NCBI GenBank assembly: GCA_934090795.1
Contig: CAKOJQ010000004.1
Coordinates: 349-64,348 of the forward strand
DNA from: an uncultured Bacilli bacterium
GTDB taxonomy: Bacteria; Bacillota_I; Bacilli_A; RF39; UBA660
DNA: 64,000 nt
Reading direction: 5' to 3'
Shown here: positions 38,601 through 46,039 of the stretch, in pieces
How positions within the stretch are numbered: the stretch's first letter is position 1
Layout: the number at the start of each line of letters is the position of its first letter
Made by a program: the position numbers and the translations under genes
The notes under the pieces: generated by a model
What the model saw: the letters and a program-made list of their open reading frames with translations, nothing else
Databases searched by the model: none
What the model was told of the DNA's origin: nothing

Positions 38601-40291
38601 CTAAATCGCAAGGTGAGGAGTTATCAAATATAGTTAAATATTTATCTGATTTAGCAGTTAGTCAAAATATAGTTTGTAAACCATTATGGCTTGCTAAGAT
38701 CCCACCAATTATTTTAGTTGATTACTTAAAAGAAAAATACAAATTTAAAAAAGAAGATTATGTATTTAATCCGATTATTGGTGAATATGATGTACCAGCA
38801 ATGCAGGAGCAAAGAATACTTACTTTGCCACTAACTAAAAATGGTAATGCGCTTGTATATGGAGCAGCTGGTAGTGGTAAAGAAAACTTTATTTCAACAT
38901 TAATTTATTCAGCTATGGATTCATATAAATCAAATGAGGTTAATTTCTATGTTATTGATTTAGGTTCAGGATCTTTAAATATGTTTAAAAATTCAAATAT
39001 CGTTGGAGATATATTACAAGGAACAGATACTGATAAAGTTGAAAATTTATTTAAAATGATTAATGGTACTATTTTGGAAAGAAAGAGATTATTTTCACAA
39101 TATGGTGGTTCTTATAAGGAATTTATTCAAAATAGTAATGTTAAAGTTCCAAATATAGTTGTTATAATTAATAACTTTGAAAATTATGCTGAAACATTTA
39201 GTAAATATGATGATATATTAAATACAATTACGCGTGATTGCTATAAGTATGGAATTTATTTTCTAATAACAGTTAATACTCCAAATGGGGTCAAATATAA
39301 GTTAAAACAAAATTTTGCTCTTATTTATGCGCTTAATCAAAATAATGATGATGATTTTAGCTATATTATTAATGGAGTTAGAAAAAATTATCCAGCTAAG
39401 AATTTTGGTAGAGGGTTAATTAAAATTGATAATGTATATGAGTTTCAAACAGCAGTTGCAACAGATGGAAATATGAGTGATTTCATTAAAGAAAAGATTA
39501 CTTTATTTAATGCAGAAAATATTTATAAAGCTAAAAGTGTTCCTGTTTTACCAGATGAAGTTACTTCAGAAAATATTATAAAAGATGTTAAACATGATGA
39601 TGAACTAGTAGTAGGAATTAGTAAAGATAATTTAGCTAATGTTAAATATGACTTAGGTAGAAACTTAATTAATGTTATTAGTGGGCTTGATTTATCAACA
39701 TATGATAGTTTTATAAATGCATTTGTTAATCAAATAGTTTATAAACAAAATAGAAATTTAGTATTATTAAATGCAGATGAATATAATTTAAATAGTGATA
39801 TTAAAAAGTATTATCAATATGTTGATAGAGATTTTGATGCCTTTATAGAAAAATTTAATGAATATTTAAAAACACTAGTTGAAAATTATAAGAATTCTGA
39901 TTTTGATAAAAATATCTTAAGTAATATAAAGCCGATTTATTTTATGGTAACTGGAGTTGATGCTTTCTTGAATAAACTTAGTATTACTAATAAGAAATTA
40001 TTAGATGAAATATTTAAAAATTCTAGTACTTTAGGAATTGTTAATTTCGTTTTAGTTGATTCTGTAGATAAGATTAAAAAGATTGAAATGGAATCTTGGT
40101 ATAGAAGTTATGCTAATAAGAATTTTGGTATTTGGCTTGGTTCAGGAATTTCTGATCAATTCTCTATTAATGTTATTCAAAGAACACCTTATATGCGTGG
40201 TGAGGTTCCTAATAGTTTCTGTTTTGTTGTTAATAGAGGTAAAGCAGAGTATGTTAAATATGTTGAAAAATTTGATATTAATAGTAAGTAG
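35660..40291 (+). CDS. essC: T7SS FtsK/SpoIIIE-family ATPase EssC
   Basis: N-terminal tandem FHA-like region, two TM helices and three P-loop modules. D1 is intact (GMTGSGKSEF, ICDEFAEL), D2 reads GAAGSGKE and D3 is degenerate. ATG at 35660 follows GGAGG. Confidence 0.9.
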   Translation: MRLNIIKNNYIKNVILPDEPSGSYWINSFDINGNKRNLILVEAYNGKWKLVSNNNVYYIENNVMNPYAYLEISSYYQIKNELDKDTFVIYCSPVVEKYNCYEINSYISNGISIGKSNNNFIKFVNVDDVACYIKTINDKLILINNNSSYGVYLNNSRVYSSSEVKIGDIIFINGLRIIVSSSAAGLNNIVLYVNNVDNSDISVGAMPLGIVNSIAGDYTEDNSDNVYDIYNENDYFYKKPRVVPKLDTLNIKVDDPPAKQDGKDSPLLLTIGPMITMSMSSLMMGYNTLSNVTNGTTTIEKATPSLIVCGAMFASIFIWPLITKFYQKIDNKIKEKKRQNKYSKYIDSKIEEISKAKNEQASMLKMHYFSSEQSADVIINKSSLMWQRRISDDDYLSITLGIGSCPMKININYPEEHFTMEEDNLRSLVLRLGQEPKNLENVPVPYSLKEHYISGVFGMNYLHDYVKRMLIQLLAFHSYDDLKIVILTDEEHESEWSFVKCAPHLFSDDKSIRFFASSAEEYKEVCYYLKRVFDSRKDNTSDKTEFNQVYLIITDSFKKIRDIDLIEDILKNKRYAGFSIFIMDKKMTNFPDQCTSFIDLSLITNDNKIGEVKDNLDINSVVRFNVELNTIIDYEKCVKVLANTPIDIKNDVEGKLPNKISFLEMYEVGKVEQLNSNVRWMSNDPVMSLSAPVGIGKNGEFITIDLHEKYHGPHGLIAGMTGSGKSEFIITYILSMALNYSPYEVQFILIDYKGGGLAGAFENKTTGVKLPHLIGTITNLDANEIKRSLASIESELKRRQALFNKAREISGESTVDIYKYQKMYRQGVLSEPVSHLFIICDEFAELKNQQPEFMDQLISTARIGRSLGVHLILATQKPSGVVDPQIWSNTRFRVCLRVQDKSDSNEVIKKPDAAFLKQTGRFYFQVGYDEVFTLGQAAYAGGSYVPSDTIKKEIDTSVDFLNNIGYIIKKVETKKIVKNLAKSQGEELSNIVKYLSDLAVSQNIVCKPLWLAKIPPIILVDYLKEKYKFKKEDYVFNPIIGEYDVPAMQEQRILTLPLTKNGNALVYGAAGSGKENFISTLIYSAMDSYKSNEVNFYVIDLGSGSLNMFKNSNIVGDILQGTDTDKVENLFKMINGTILERKRLFSQYGGSYKEFIQNSNVKVPNIVVIINNFENYAETFSKYDDILNTITRDCYKYGIYFLITVNTPNGVKYKLKQNFALIYALNQNNDDDFSYIINGVRKNYPAKNFGRGLIKIDNVYEFQTAVATDGNMSDFIKEKITLFNAENIYKAKSVPVLPDEVTSENIIKDVKHDDELVVGISKDNLANVKYDLGRNLINVISGLDLSTYDSFINAFVNQIVYKQNRNLVLLNADEYNLNSDIKKYYQYVDRDFDAFIEKFNEYLKTLVENYKNSDFDKNILSNIKPIYFMVTGVDAFLNKLSITNKKLLDEIFKNSSTLGIVNFVLVDSVDKIKKIEMESWYRSYANKNFGIWLGSGISDQFSINVIQRTPYMRGEVPNSFCFVVNRGKAEYVKYVEKFDINSK

Positions 40292-40299
40292 GTGTTTTA

Positions 40300-41343
40300 A
40301 TGTATATAATTATTAAGAATGAAAATAGTAGGATTATTAATAATTTAACTGTTAATGTGTCAAAAACATTAGTTGGTGATTTTACTAGAGAAGATTTAGA
40401 TAGAGAATTGAACTTAATTAATTATGATAAAGCTATTGTTGATATTACTTCAATTAGAAATTATTATGATGATAATTATTTATATAAATTTTTAGAATTT
40501 TTTAGAAGTCCAAGTGATGTTATATTGTTACTTAATGATGGGTTTGTTGCTAATAGTAAACATTTCTTAAGTAAATTAATTAGTAAAGGATATTATAATT
40601 TTGCTACTACTGATAGTGCAGTTAATAGACTTTTAGAAAGAAATAATACGATTGATGATGTTAAAGAATATATGGATGGAAATGATTTTCTTAAAACAGA
40701 TAGTATTGTTTCAGGAATTGATAAAAATAAAAAGTTTGAGACTGATAAGTTAATTATAGGTATTGAAAATGGTTTTCCTCATTCAGGAGCAACAACTTTA
40801 ATGTATATGCTTGTTAAAGAGATAGGTAAGAGTAAAAAAGTTAAAGGTATAGAAATGATAAATAATGATTCTTTGTTTTTTAGAGATGATAGAATTATTT
40901 CTTGTGAATCTAGAATTCAATTTGAAACTATTGTTAAAACATTAAATGACATTGATGTTTATATTGTTGATTTAAATGGTTCTGATGTTAGGGAAATATG
41001 TAATAAGGTTATTTATCTAATTGAACCTGGAACTACAAAGATTAATAAAGTTGTAAAGGGTGATAGAGAAATTTATGAGATGCTTAAGAATTCTAATGTT
41101 GTTTTAAATAGAAGTAATATTAAAGATGAAGAAATGAAAACTTTTGAATATGAAACTAAGTTTAAAGTTGTAGGTAATGTTCCTAATTTAAATGAGAGGT
41201 TGGATTCTAATGATTCTTTAACTAAATTAGTTGATTATTTACTTGATAATAAAGAAAAATATGAAAAACTTTCTAAGGATGATGACAATATTAATAAAAA
41301 AGTAGGCTTGGTTGGATTCTTTAAGAATATATTTAAGAGATGA
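40300..41343 (+). CDS. Receiver-like + degenerate MinD/ParA-like protein with C-terminal amphipathic helix
   Basis: aa 1-105 alternates beta and alpha like a CheY fold. aa 150-300 follows the MinD/ParA layout (LIIGIENGFPHSGATT, DVYIVDLNG, VVLNRSN, VVGNVPNL), but the Walker A lysines are absent. Tail KKVGLVGFFKNIFKR. 8-nt gap after essC. Confidence 0.5.
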   Translation: MYIIIKNENSRIINNLTVNVSKTLVGDFTREDLDRELNLINYDKAIVDITSIRNYYDDNYLYKFLEFFRSPSDVILLLNDGFVANSKHFLSKLISKGYYNFATTDSAVNRLLERNNTIDDVKEYMDGNDFLKTDSIVSGIDKNKKFETDKLIIGIENGFPHSGATTLMYMLVKEIGKSKKVKGIEMINNDSLFFRDDRIISCESRIQFETIVKTLNDIDVYIVDLNGSDVREICNKVIYLIEPGTTKINKVVKGDREIYEMLKNSNVVLNRSNIKDEEMKTFEYETKFKVVGNVPNLNERLDSNDSLTKLVDYLLDNKEKYEKLSKDDDNINKKVGLVGFFKNIFKR

Positions 41344-41350
41344 TAAAAAA

Positions 41351-41383
41351 AAATTGCAATTCTTTATGAGTTGCAGTTTTTTT
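41351..41383 (+). terminator. Rho-independent terminator closing the T7SS-like locus
   Basis: AAATTGCAA/TTGCAGTTT stem, 11-nt loop, T-run. Confidence 0.55.
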
Positions 41384-41463
41384 GTTGTAAAAATCATATA
41401 CATAATTGTTTTATAGGCCATTTTATTTAATTATGCATAAATTAATATAGGGTGTGATGATTA

Positions 41464-41505
41464 ATGGCTAAAAAGGTAGTAATTGATAGCGGTCATGGCA
41501 GATAA
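41464..41505 (+). pseudogene. 13-codon 5' stub resembling an N-acetylmuramoyl-L-alanine amidase (Amidase_3-type) start
   Basis: Encodes MAKKVVIDSGHGR-stop. xVIDxGHG is the usual N-terminal motif of this family. The frame ends 17 nt before the recombinase stop codon. Confidence 0.4.
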
Positions 41506-41521
41506 TCTTATACACGGTGCA

Positions 41522-43645
41522 TTATAAAGTAAAATTCCAAAATATTTTAATAGGTCTATTGTTATTTTCATCTTTTTTTCCTATTAGAATTTTTGATATA
41601 AATTCATCTATAATACGTCTATTTAATTTATCAATATGAGTATATTTTTCTAATATACTTTTTTCATTGATTTCATCATTTTTCTTTTCACTTAATTCAT
41701 ATATTTCCTTTTTAATTTCTTCAATTCTTAAATTAAAATTATCAATATCTTTTTGATATTTATTTTTTAACATAACAAATTCTGTAGTAGTAATTATTCC
41801 GTCAGCTTTATCATCATATAACATAGTAAAGCGGTCGCTTGTTTTATTCAACTTTTTTTCTATATCATTTTTTTCTTTTTCTAATATTTTCATATCTTTA
41901 TCATAATCAATACTAGACTTTTTTGATGAATAATTTTTTTCTAATTTTTCGAGATTATAATATTTTTCAATAATTTTATTTATTTCATTTAAAACTAATT
42001 CTTCAAGAACTTCGTATCTAATATAACTAGTATTATCACATTGAGTTCCGCCTGTTTTTCTGTGGTTTCTACAATGTAAATAAGGTTTCATAAAAGGATT
42101 CTTTCTTGGACCAGATTTGCAATTACTCTTTTGAAAAACTTTCCCACAAACAGCACAATATACTTTTCTACTGAAAATATGTACTTCGCCATTTTTACCA
42201 GGACGTGCTCTTGTATTTGATGTTGTTAAAATATCAACCTGATCAGTAATTAAAGAGTACAATTCACTATCAAGAGACAATGTTTTTTCTCTTAAATTAT
42301 CATATTTTTCAGTTATGATTTTAATATCATTATTTGTCAAACTATTATCTAATTCTTCTATTGCTCTATATACTTCATCATTTTTTCCTTTATCAACATC
42401 AAAGCTTTTAATATTTTCTTTAATAGCATTTATAAATTGTCTTGAATCTTTTCTTGCATTGTCCAAATCTATCTTTAACTTTCTGTCCGCAAATTTTTTT
42501 CTGACAATCTTAGAAATATCAGGATCTACAATTCTATCATGTGCACAAGCTATAATACTTTGCTCATTTTTAGGAATTTTTTTGTAACCCTTAATATTGT
42601 AAGCAATTTTTTCGGTCCTATGTTGTATCAAAATGCCGTCATAAGTTTCATCTAATAGGATCTTTCTTATTGTATCGGTATTCCAAAATTCTGCACCATT
42701 AGGAGCCATGCAACAAACAAATTTTAATCCTTGTAGTTTTTTATGCTTACTAGGTGTTGGTATCTTATTTTCATTAAGATATTGGCAAATTTTATAATAT
42801 CCATATCCATTAGCATACATAGAATATATTTCTCTTACAACTTTAGCAGCTTCTTCATCAATTACTAGATGATACATATCATCAGGATCTTCAATATAAC
42901 CATAAGGAGCAAAGGAACCGGTCCATTGTCCTGCGTCATTTTTGGCTCTTAAAGTTTTTTTAGTATTTATTGATTGTTCTTCAATTTTCCACTCATCTAC
43001 CATTGCAGTTATTTGACTTGATTTTTTATTACCTTTGTTGTAAGTATCAATATTATCTACAATACTTAAAAATCTAATATTCCATTCTATAAACTTTTTA
43101 TGTAAATATTTTTCTACGAATTCAATACTTCTTGCAAATCTAGCTTGAGTTTTACAAATATAAATATCTGTATTTCCAAGTTCACAGAACAAAAGTGTTT
43201 TGTTCCATTCTTCACGTGAACCATCACTTCCACTTATATCTTCTTCATAAAAAATACCGACAACCTCAATACCTTTGTCATTACAATATGATAATAACAT
43301 TAATAATTGATTTAAAATACTTTTACTAACATTGCCTTTTTCTCTATCTAAGTCCTCTTGAGATAATCTAACATATATTATTCCTCTTTTGCCGGGAATA
43401 TGTAAAGAACTAATTAATCCATTTTTTTTAAAACAATTAGGATTATTTTTTTTAGATACTTTTAATAAATCTCTTAAATAATCAGTCATATATTCTAAAT
43501 TATCTTCGGATAGCAATTTTTTTATTGTTTTAAATTCAGTTGTTTCTAAATAGTCATCTCCCGAAACATTATCAACTATATAGTCATTTGAACATACTGT
43601 ATTACTTAAATTACTACATACCACCTTTCTCTCATTTTTCAACAT
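41522..43645 (-). CDS. Large serine recombinase (integrase/excisionase of the element)
   Basis: Resolvase-type N-terminal domain (IIYVRLSQEDLD), recombinase domain, Cys-rich zinc ribbon (CAVCGK...CRNH...C) and a long coiled coil. ATG at 43645 follows AAAGGAAG. Confidence 0.9.
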   Translation of the reverse strand: MLKNERKVVCSNLSNTVCSNDYIVDNVSGDDYLETTEFKTIKKLLSEDNLEYMTDYLRDLLKVSKKNNPNCFKKNGLISSLHIPGKRGIIYVRLSQEDLDREKGNVSKSILNQLLMLLSYCNDKGIEVVGIFYEEDISGSDGSREEWNKTLLFCELGNTDIYICKTQARFARSIEFVEKYLHKKFIEWNIRFLSIVDNIDTYNKGNKKSSQITAMVDEWKIEEQSINTKKTLRAKNDAGQWTGSFAPYGYIEDPDDMYHLVIDEEAAKVVREIYSMYANGYGYYKICQYLNENKIPTPSKHKKLQGLKFVCCMAPNGAEFWNTDTIRKILLDETYDGILIQHRTEKIAYNIKGYKKIPKNEQSIIACAHDRIVDPDISKIVRKKFADRKLKIDLDNARKDSRQFINAIKENIKSFDVDKGKNDEVYRAIEELDNSLTNNDIKIITEKYDNLREKTLSLDSELYSLITDQVDILTTSNTRARPGKNGEVHIFSRKVYCAVCGKVFQKSNCKSGPRKNPFMKPYLHCRNHRKTGGTQCDNTSYIRYEVLEELVLNEINKIIEKYYNLEKLEKNYSSKKSSIDYDKDMKILEKEKNDIEKKLNKTSDRFTMLYDDKADGIITTTEFVMLKNKYQKDIDNFNLRIEEIKKEIYELSEKKNDEINEKSILEKYTHIDKLNRRIIDEFISKILIGKKDENNNRPIKIFWNFTL

Positions 43646-43689
43646 ATATCTTCCTTTCGTATATATTGAAAGCACTGTAATACAATCAA

Positions 43690-43723
43690 ATTATAACGCG
43701 CTTTATGCAAGATTACAGCCCCC
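43690..43723 (-). promoter_or_regulatory. Conserved ICE promoter/operator box, copy a (upstream of recombinase)
   Basis: The minus strand reads GGGGGCTGTAATCTTGCATAAAGCGCGTTATAAT. TATAAT is preceded by AGCGCGT. Confidence 0.45.
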
Positions 43724-43876
43724 AAATTTACTTTCTAAACTTAAAATGATAGTTGCCCATTTTTTATTAAATATTTCAATTAATTCTTCTTCTGTTTTAG
43801 CATTTGTTATAAATTTATTTTCAATTATGTAATTAATTACATTTTTATCCCCATTTTTATTCTCTTTATTTATAAT
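43703..43876 (-). CDS. Small hypothetical ORF (about 57 aa), possible ATT/ATA start
   Basis: Open frame directly behind an AAGGGGG RBS. Below the ORF-track length cutoff. No well-spaced canonical start. Confidence 0.25.
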   Translation of the reverse strand: MINKENKNGDKNVINYIIENKFITNAKTEEELIEIFNKKWATIILSLESKFGGCNLA

Positions 43877-43975
43877 ACTCAACCCCCTTAAATTAAAAAA
43901 AACTATGATAAATAGTTTCTAATTTAATTTATGAGATTTTATTAAATTAAATAACTAAATCATAGTCTTTTGATT

Positions 43976-44180
43976 TTATCTTTTAATTTTTAATAAATTT
44001 CTTAATTCATCAAGAATATTTATATATTCTATGAATAAACTATAATATTTTTCTTCTTGAAATTCTTTATTATTTGCTGTAAGTTTAGATTTTTGTGTTT
44101 ATTTCTTCCTGTGATATATCAATATTAAATGCTTTTGCATAATCATTTATAAATTTATAGTATTTAATAGCTTGTTCCAT
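43976..44180 (-). pseudogene. Small ORF split by a 1-nt frameshift near an A5 run
   Basis: MEQAIKYYKFINDYAKAFNIDISQEEINTKI-stop continues in the next frame as KLTANNKEFQEEKYYSLFIEYINILDELRNLLKIKR. Confidence 0.25.
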
Positions 44181-44199
44181 ATTTTCATCATTCACTTTC

Positions 44200-44472
44200 T
44201 TATTTTTTAAAAACAAATGGATTGTCTTGCAAAACTATAACATCATATTTTAACTCTAATAACTTTATTGCTTTTTCATAAATAGTTTTTACTTGAATAG
44301 GTTTTAATTCTCTAATTCCCGGTAGTTCTTTCAAAACATCAGCTTTACTAATATTATCATATACATATTCATACCTTAATAGTATTAATTCGCATAAAGT
44401 ATCAGCATAAATTGCATTTATTCTTAATTCTTTAGCATTGTTATAGTATTTATCCCAAGGATCTTTTTTCAT
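44200..44472 (-). CDS. Hypothetical ICE protein
   Basis: 90 aa. RBS AAGGCGGTG. Downstream of promoter box b. Confidence 0.5.
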   Translation of the reverse strand: MKKDPWDKYYNNAKELRINAIYADTLCELILLRYEYVYDNISKADVLKELPGIRELKPIQVKTIYEKAIKLLELKYDVIVLQDNPFVFKK

Positions 44473-44494
44473 ATCAACACCGCCTTACAAAAAA

Positions 44495-44528
44495 ATTATA
44501 ACGCGCTATAAATATGTTTGTCAGCGCC
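44495..44528 (-). promoter_or_regulatory. Conserved ICE promoter/operator box, copy b
   Basis: The minus strand reads GGCGCTGACAAACATATTTATAGCGCGTTATAAT. CTGACA sits 18 nt from TATAAT. GCGCT/AGCGC arms form an inverted repeat. Confidence 0.5.
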
Positions 44529-45478
44529 TAAAGTGATAAATTATAATCTTCATATAACCCAAGAGGTATGTACTCAAAGTTTTTCTTTTCAATACTAAAA
44601 AACTTATTAAAGTTATTAATAAATTTTCTTCCTTTTGATGATATTAATTTAAAAGATTTTTCAACATCATTAAAATCTGTTTTTTTATACCAATCATATA
44701 AATCAAATTTATCATCAAAGTCTGTATCTATTCCTATACCTTTACAAATAGAATACTTTAAAAGTTCTTTCTCAAAATCATTATTTGCATTATCAGATGT
44801 ATAAATATCTAGCATAGATAAAACTTTAATTCTATCATTGATACCTTTTTTCAAATTAATAGTTTTATTTTCTTTATCATAATCAAATTTATTTTCTAAA
44901 TTATTACAATAGTTAATTTTATATCCGTCAGCATATAATGCTTTTACAAAAGAATTATATATATCTTGATAATCAAAAAGAAGTAATGCAGGTAATTCTA
45001 AATTTTTATAATCTTTTTGTTCCATAGTAGTATCTTTACAATCATATAGTTCTATAATATTCATTCCTTTTAGTTCTTTATGATCTAATGTAATACTTTT
45101 ATCATTAGGATTATTAAGTTTTTCTTTTTCTTCATCAGTTAGTGAAGTATAAGGTAATATTTCTTCTTTATCATTATTTTTAACTTTTACAAACACATCA
45201 TTATCTGGTGATAGTATATTAATCTTTTTAGCATTATTCAAAATAGTAAATCCATTTTTCTTAAATTTATTTTCAGTACCAAGATCCAAGAAAAAAGGAT
45301 ATTGATAATCAATTAGTAAAGTATTAAAAAAAGAATAATCACTATATAGCACAATGGTATCAATTAATCTTTTAAAATCATTATGACTATGGTAATTATT
45401 CAAAATACTTTTTTCTATATTTAAAGTTGTATCTTTAATTTTTTCAAAGTCTTTTTTTGATGTATATTCTTTAATCAA
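44528..45478 (-). CDS. ArdC-N (ssDNA-binding, DUF1738-type)-like protein, tentative
   Basis: LYSDYSFFNTLLIDYQYP...FKKNGFTILNNAKKINILSP follows the YS..N..LI..Q.P...FKK.G..I..AKKI.I pattern. The frame is open upstream to an RBS (see findings). Confidence 0.4.
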   Translation of the reverse strand: MIKEYTSKKDFEKIKDTTLNIEKSILNNYHSHNDFKRLIDTIVLYSDYSFFNTLLIDYQYPFFLDLGTENKFKKNGFTILNNAKKINILSPDNDVFVKVKNNDKEEILPYTSLTDEEKEKLNNPNDKSITLDHKELKGMNIIELYDCKDTTMEQKDYKNLELPALLLFDYQDIYNSFVKALYADGYKINYCNNLENKFDYDKENKTINLKKGINDRIKVLSMLDIYTSDNANNDFEKELLKYSICKGIGIDTDFDDKFDLYDWYKKTDFNDVEKSFKLISSKGRKFINNFNKFFSIEKKNFEYIPLGLYEDYNLSL

Positions 45479-45535
45479 ATTAAGACTATTAATAATATCT
45501 ATAATTTCAACCCCCTTTAAAGTATAAAAAAAAGA

Positions 45536-46039
45536 CTAACTTTCGCTAGTCAATTTCTCATACTTATTTTTTAAATTATTTATATTTTTATCAACATCAA
45601 TTATCATTTTATTAAATATATAATCAATCGTATTATTTGATATATCATTTTTTAATTTATCAAAATATGTTAAAGCAGAATTTTCATCATCAGTTTTATA
45701 TCCATATATATTATGAATACAATCTGTTTCATCTAAATTCTTTAAAGATAAATAAGTAATATATTTATCATTATTCTTATAACTATAAATATAAAAGAAA
45801 TAATTATCTTTAGTGGTTTTATAGTCTTTTAAAATTGCATTATTATCAGTATCAGTATTATCATCTAATACAAATTCAAAATCGCCATTTATAACTTTTT
45901 TTTCAAATTCTTTCATTTCTTCAACTGATTCAAATTTTGGACCGTCATCTTTGTTCCATTCGATTAAATTAATCTTATCATTCAAATCATTTAAAATATT
46001 TATTTTGCTTTTTAAGAGCTTAAAACTTTCTGACTTCAT
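45536..46039 (-). CDS. Hypothetical ICE protein
   Basis: 167 aa. RBS TAGGGGAAA. TTGACT-17-TAAGAT promoter-like sequence upstream. Confidence 0.5.
   Translation of the reverse strand: MKSESFKLLKSKINILNDLNDKINLIEWNKDDGPKFESVEEMKEFEKKVINGDFEFVLDDNTDTDNNAILKDYKTTKDNYFFYIYSYKNNDKYITYLSLKNLDETDCIHNIYGYKTDDENSALTYFDKLKNDISNNTIDYIFNKMIIDVDKNINNLKNKYEKLTSES

Noticed and set aside
43645-43675. A longer recombinase start at GTG 43675 (MLSIYTKGRY...).
   Set aside because: The internal ATG at 43645 is preceded by AAAGGAAG at proper spacing. It also lies downstream of the predicted promoter box, so the extension is probably untranslated leader.
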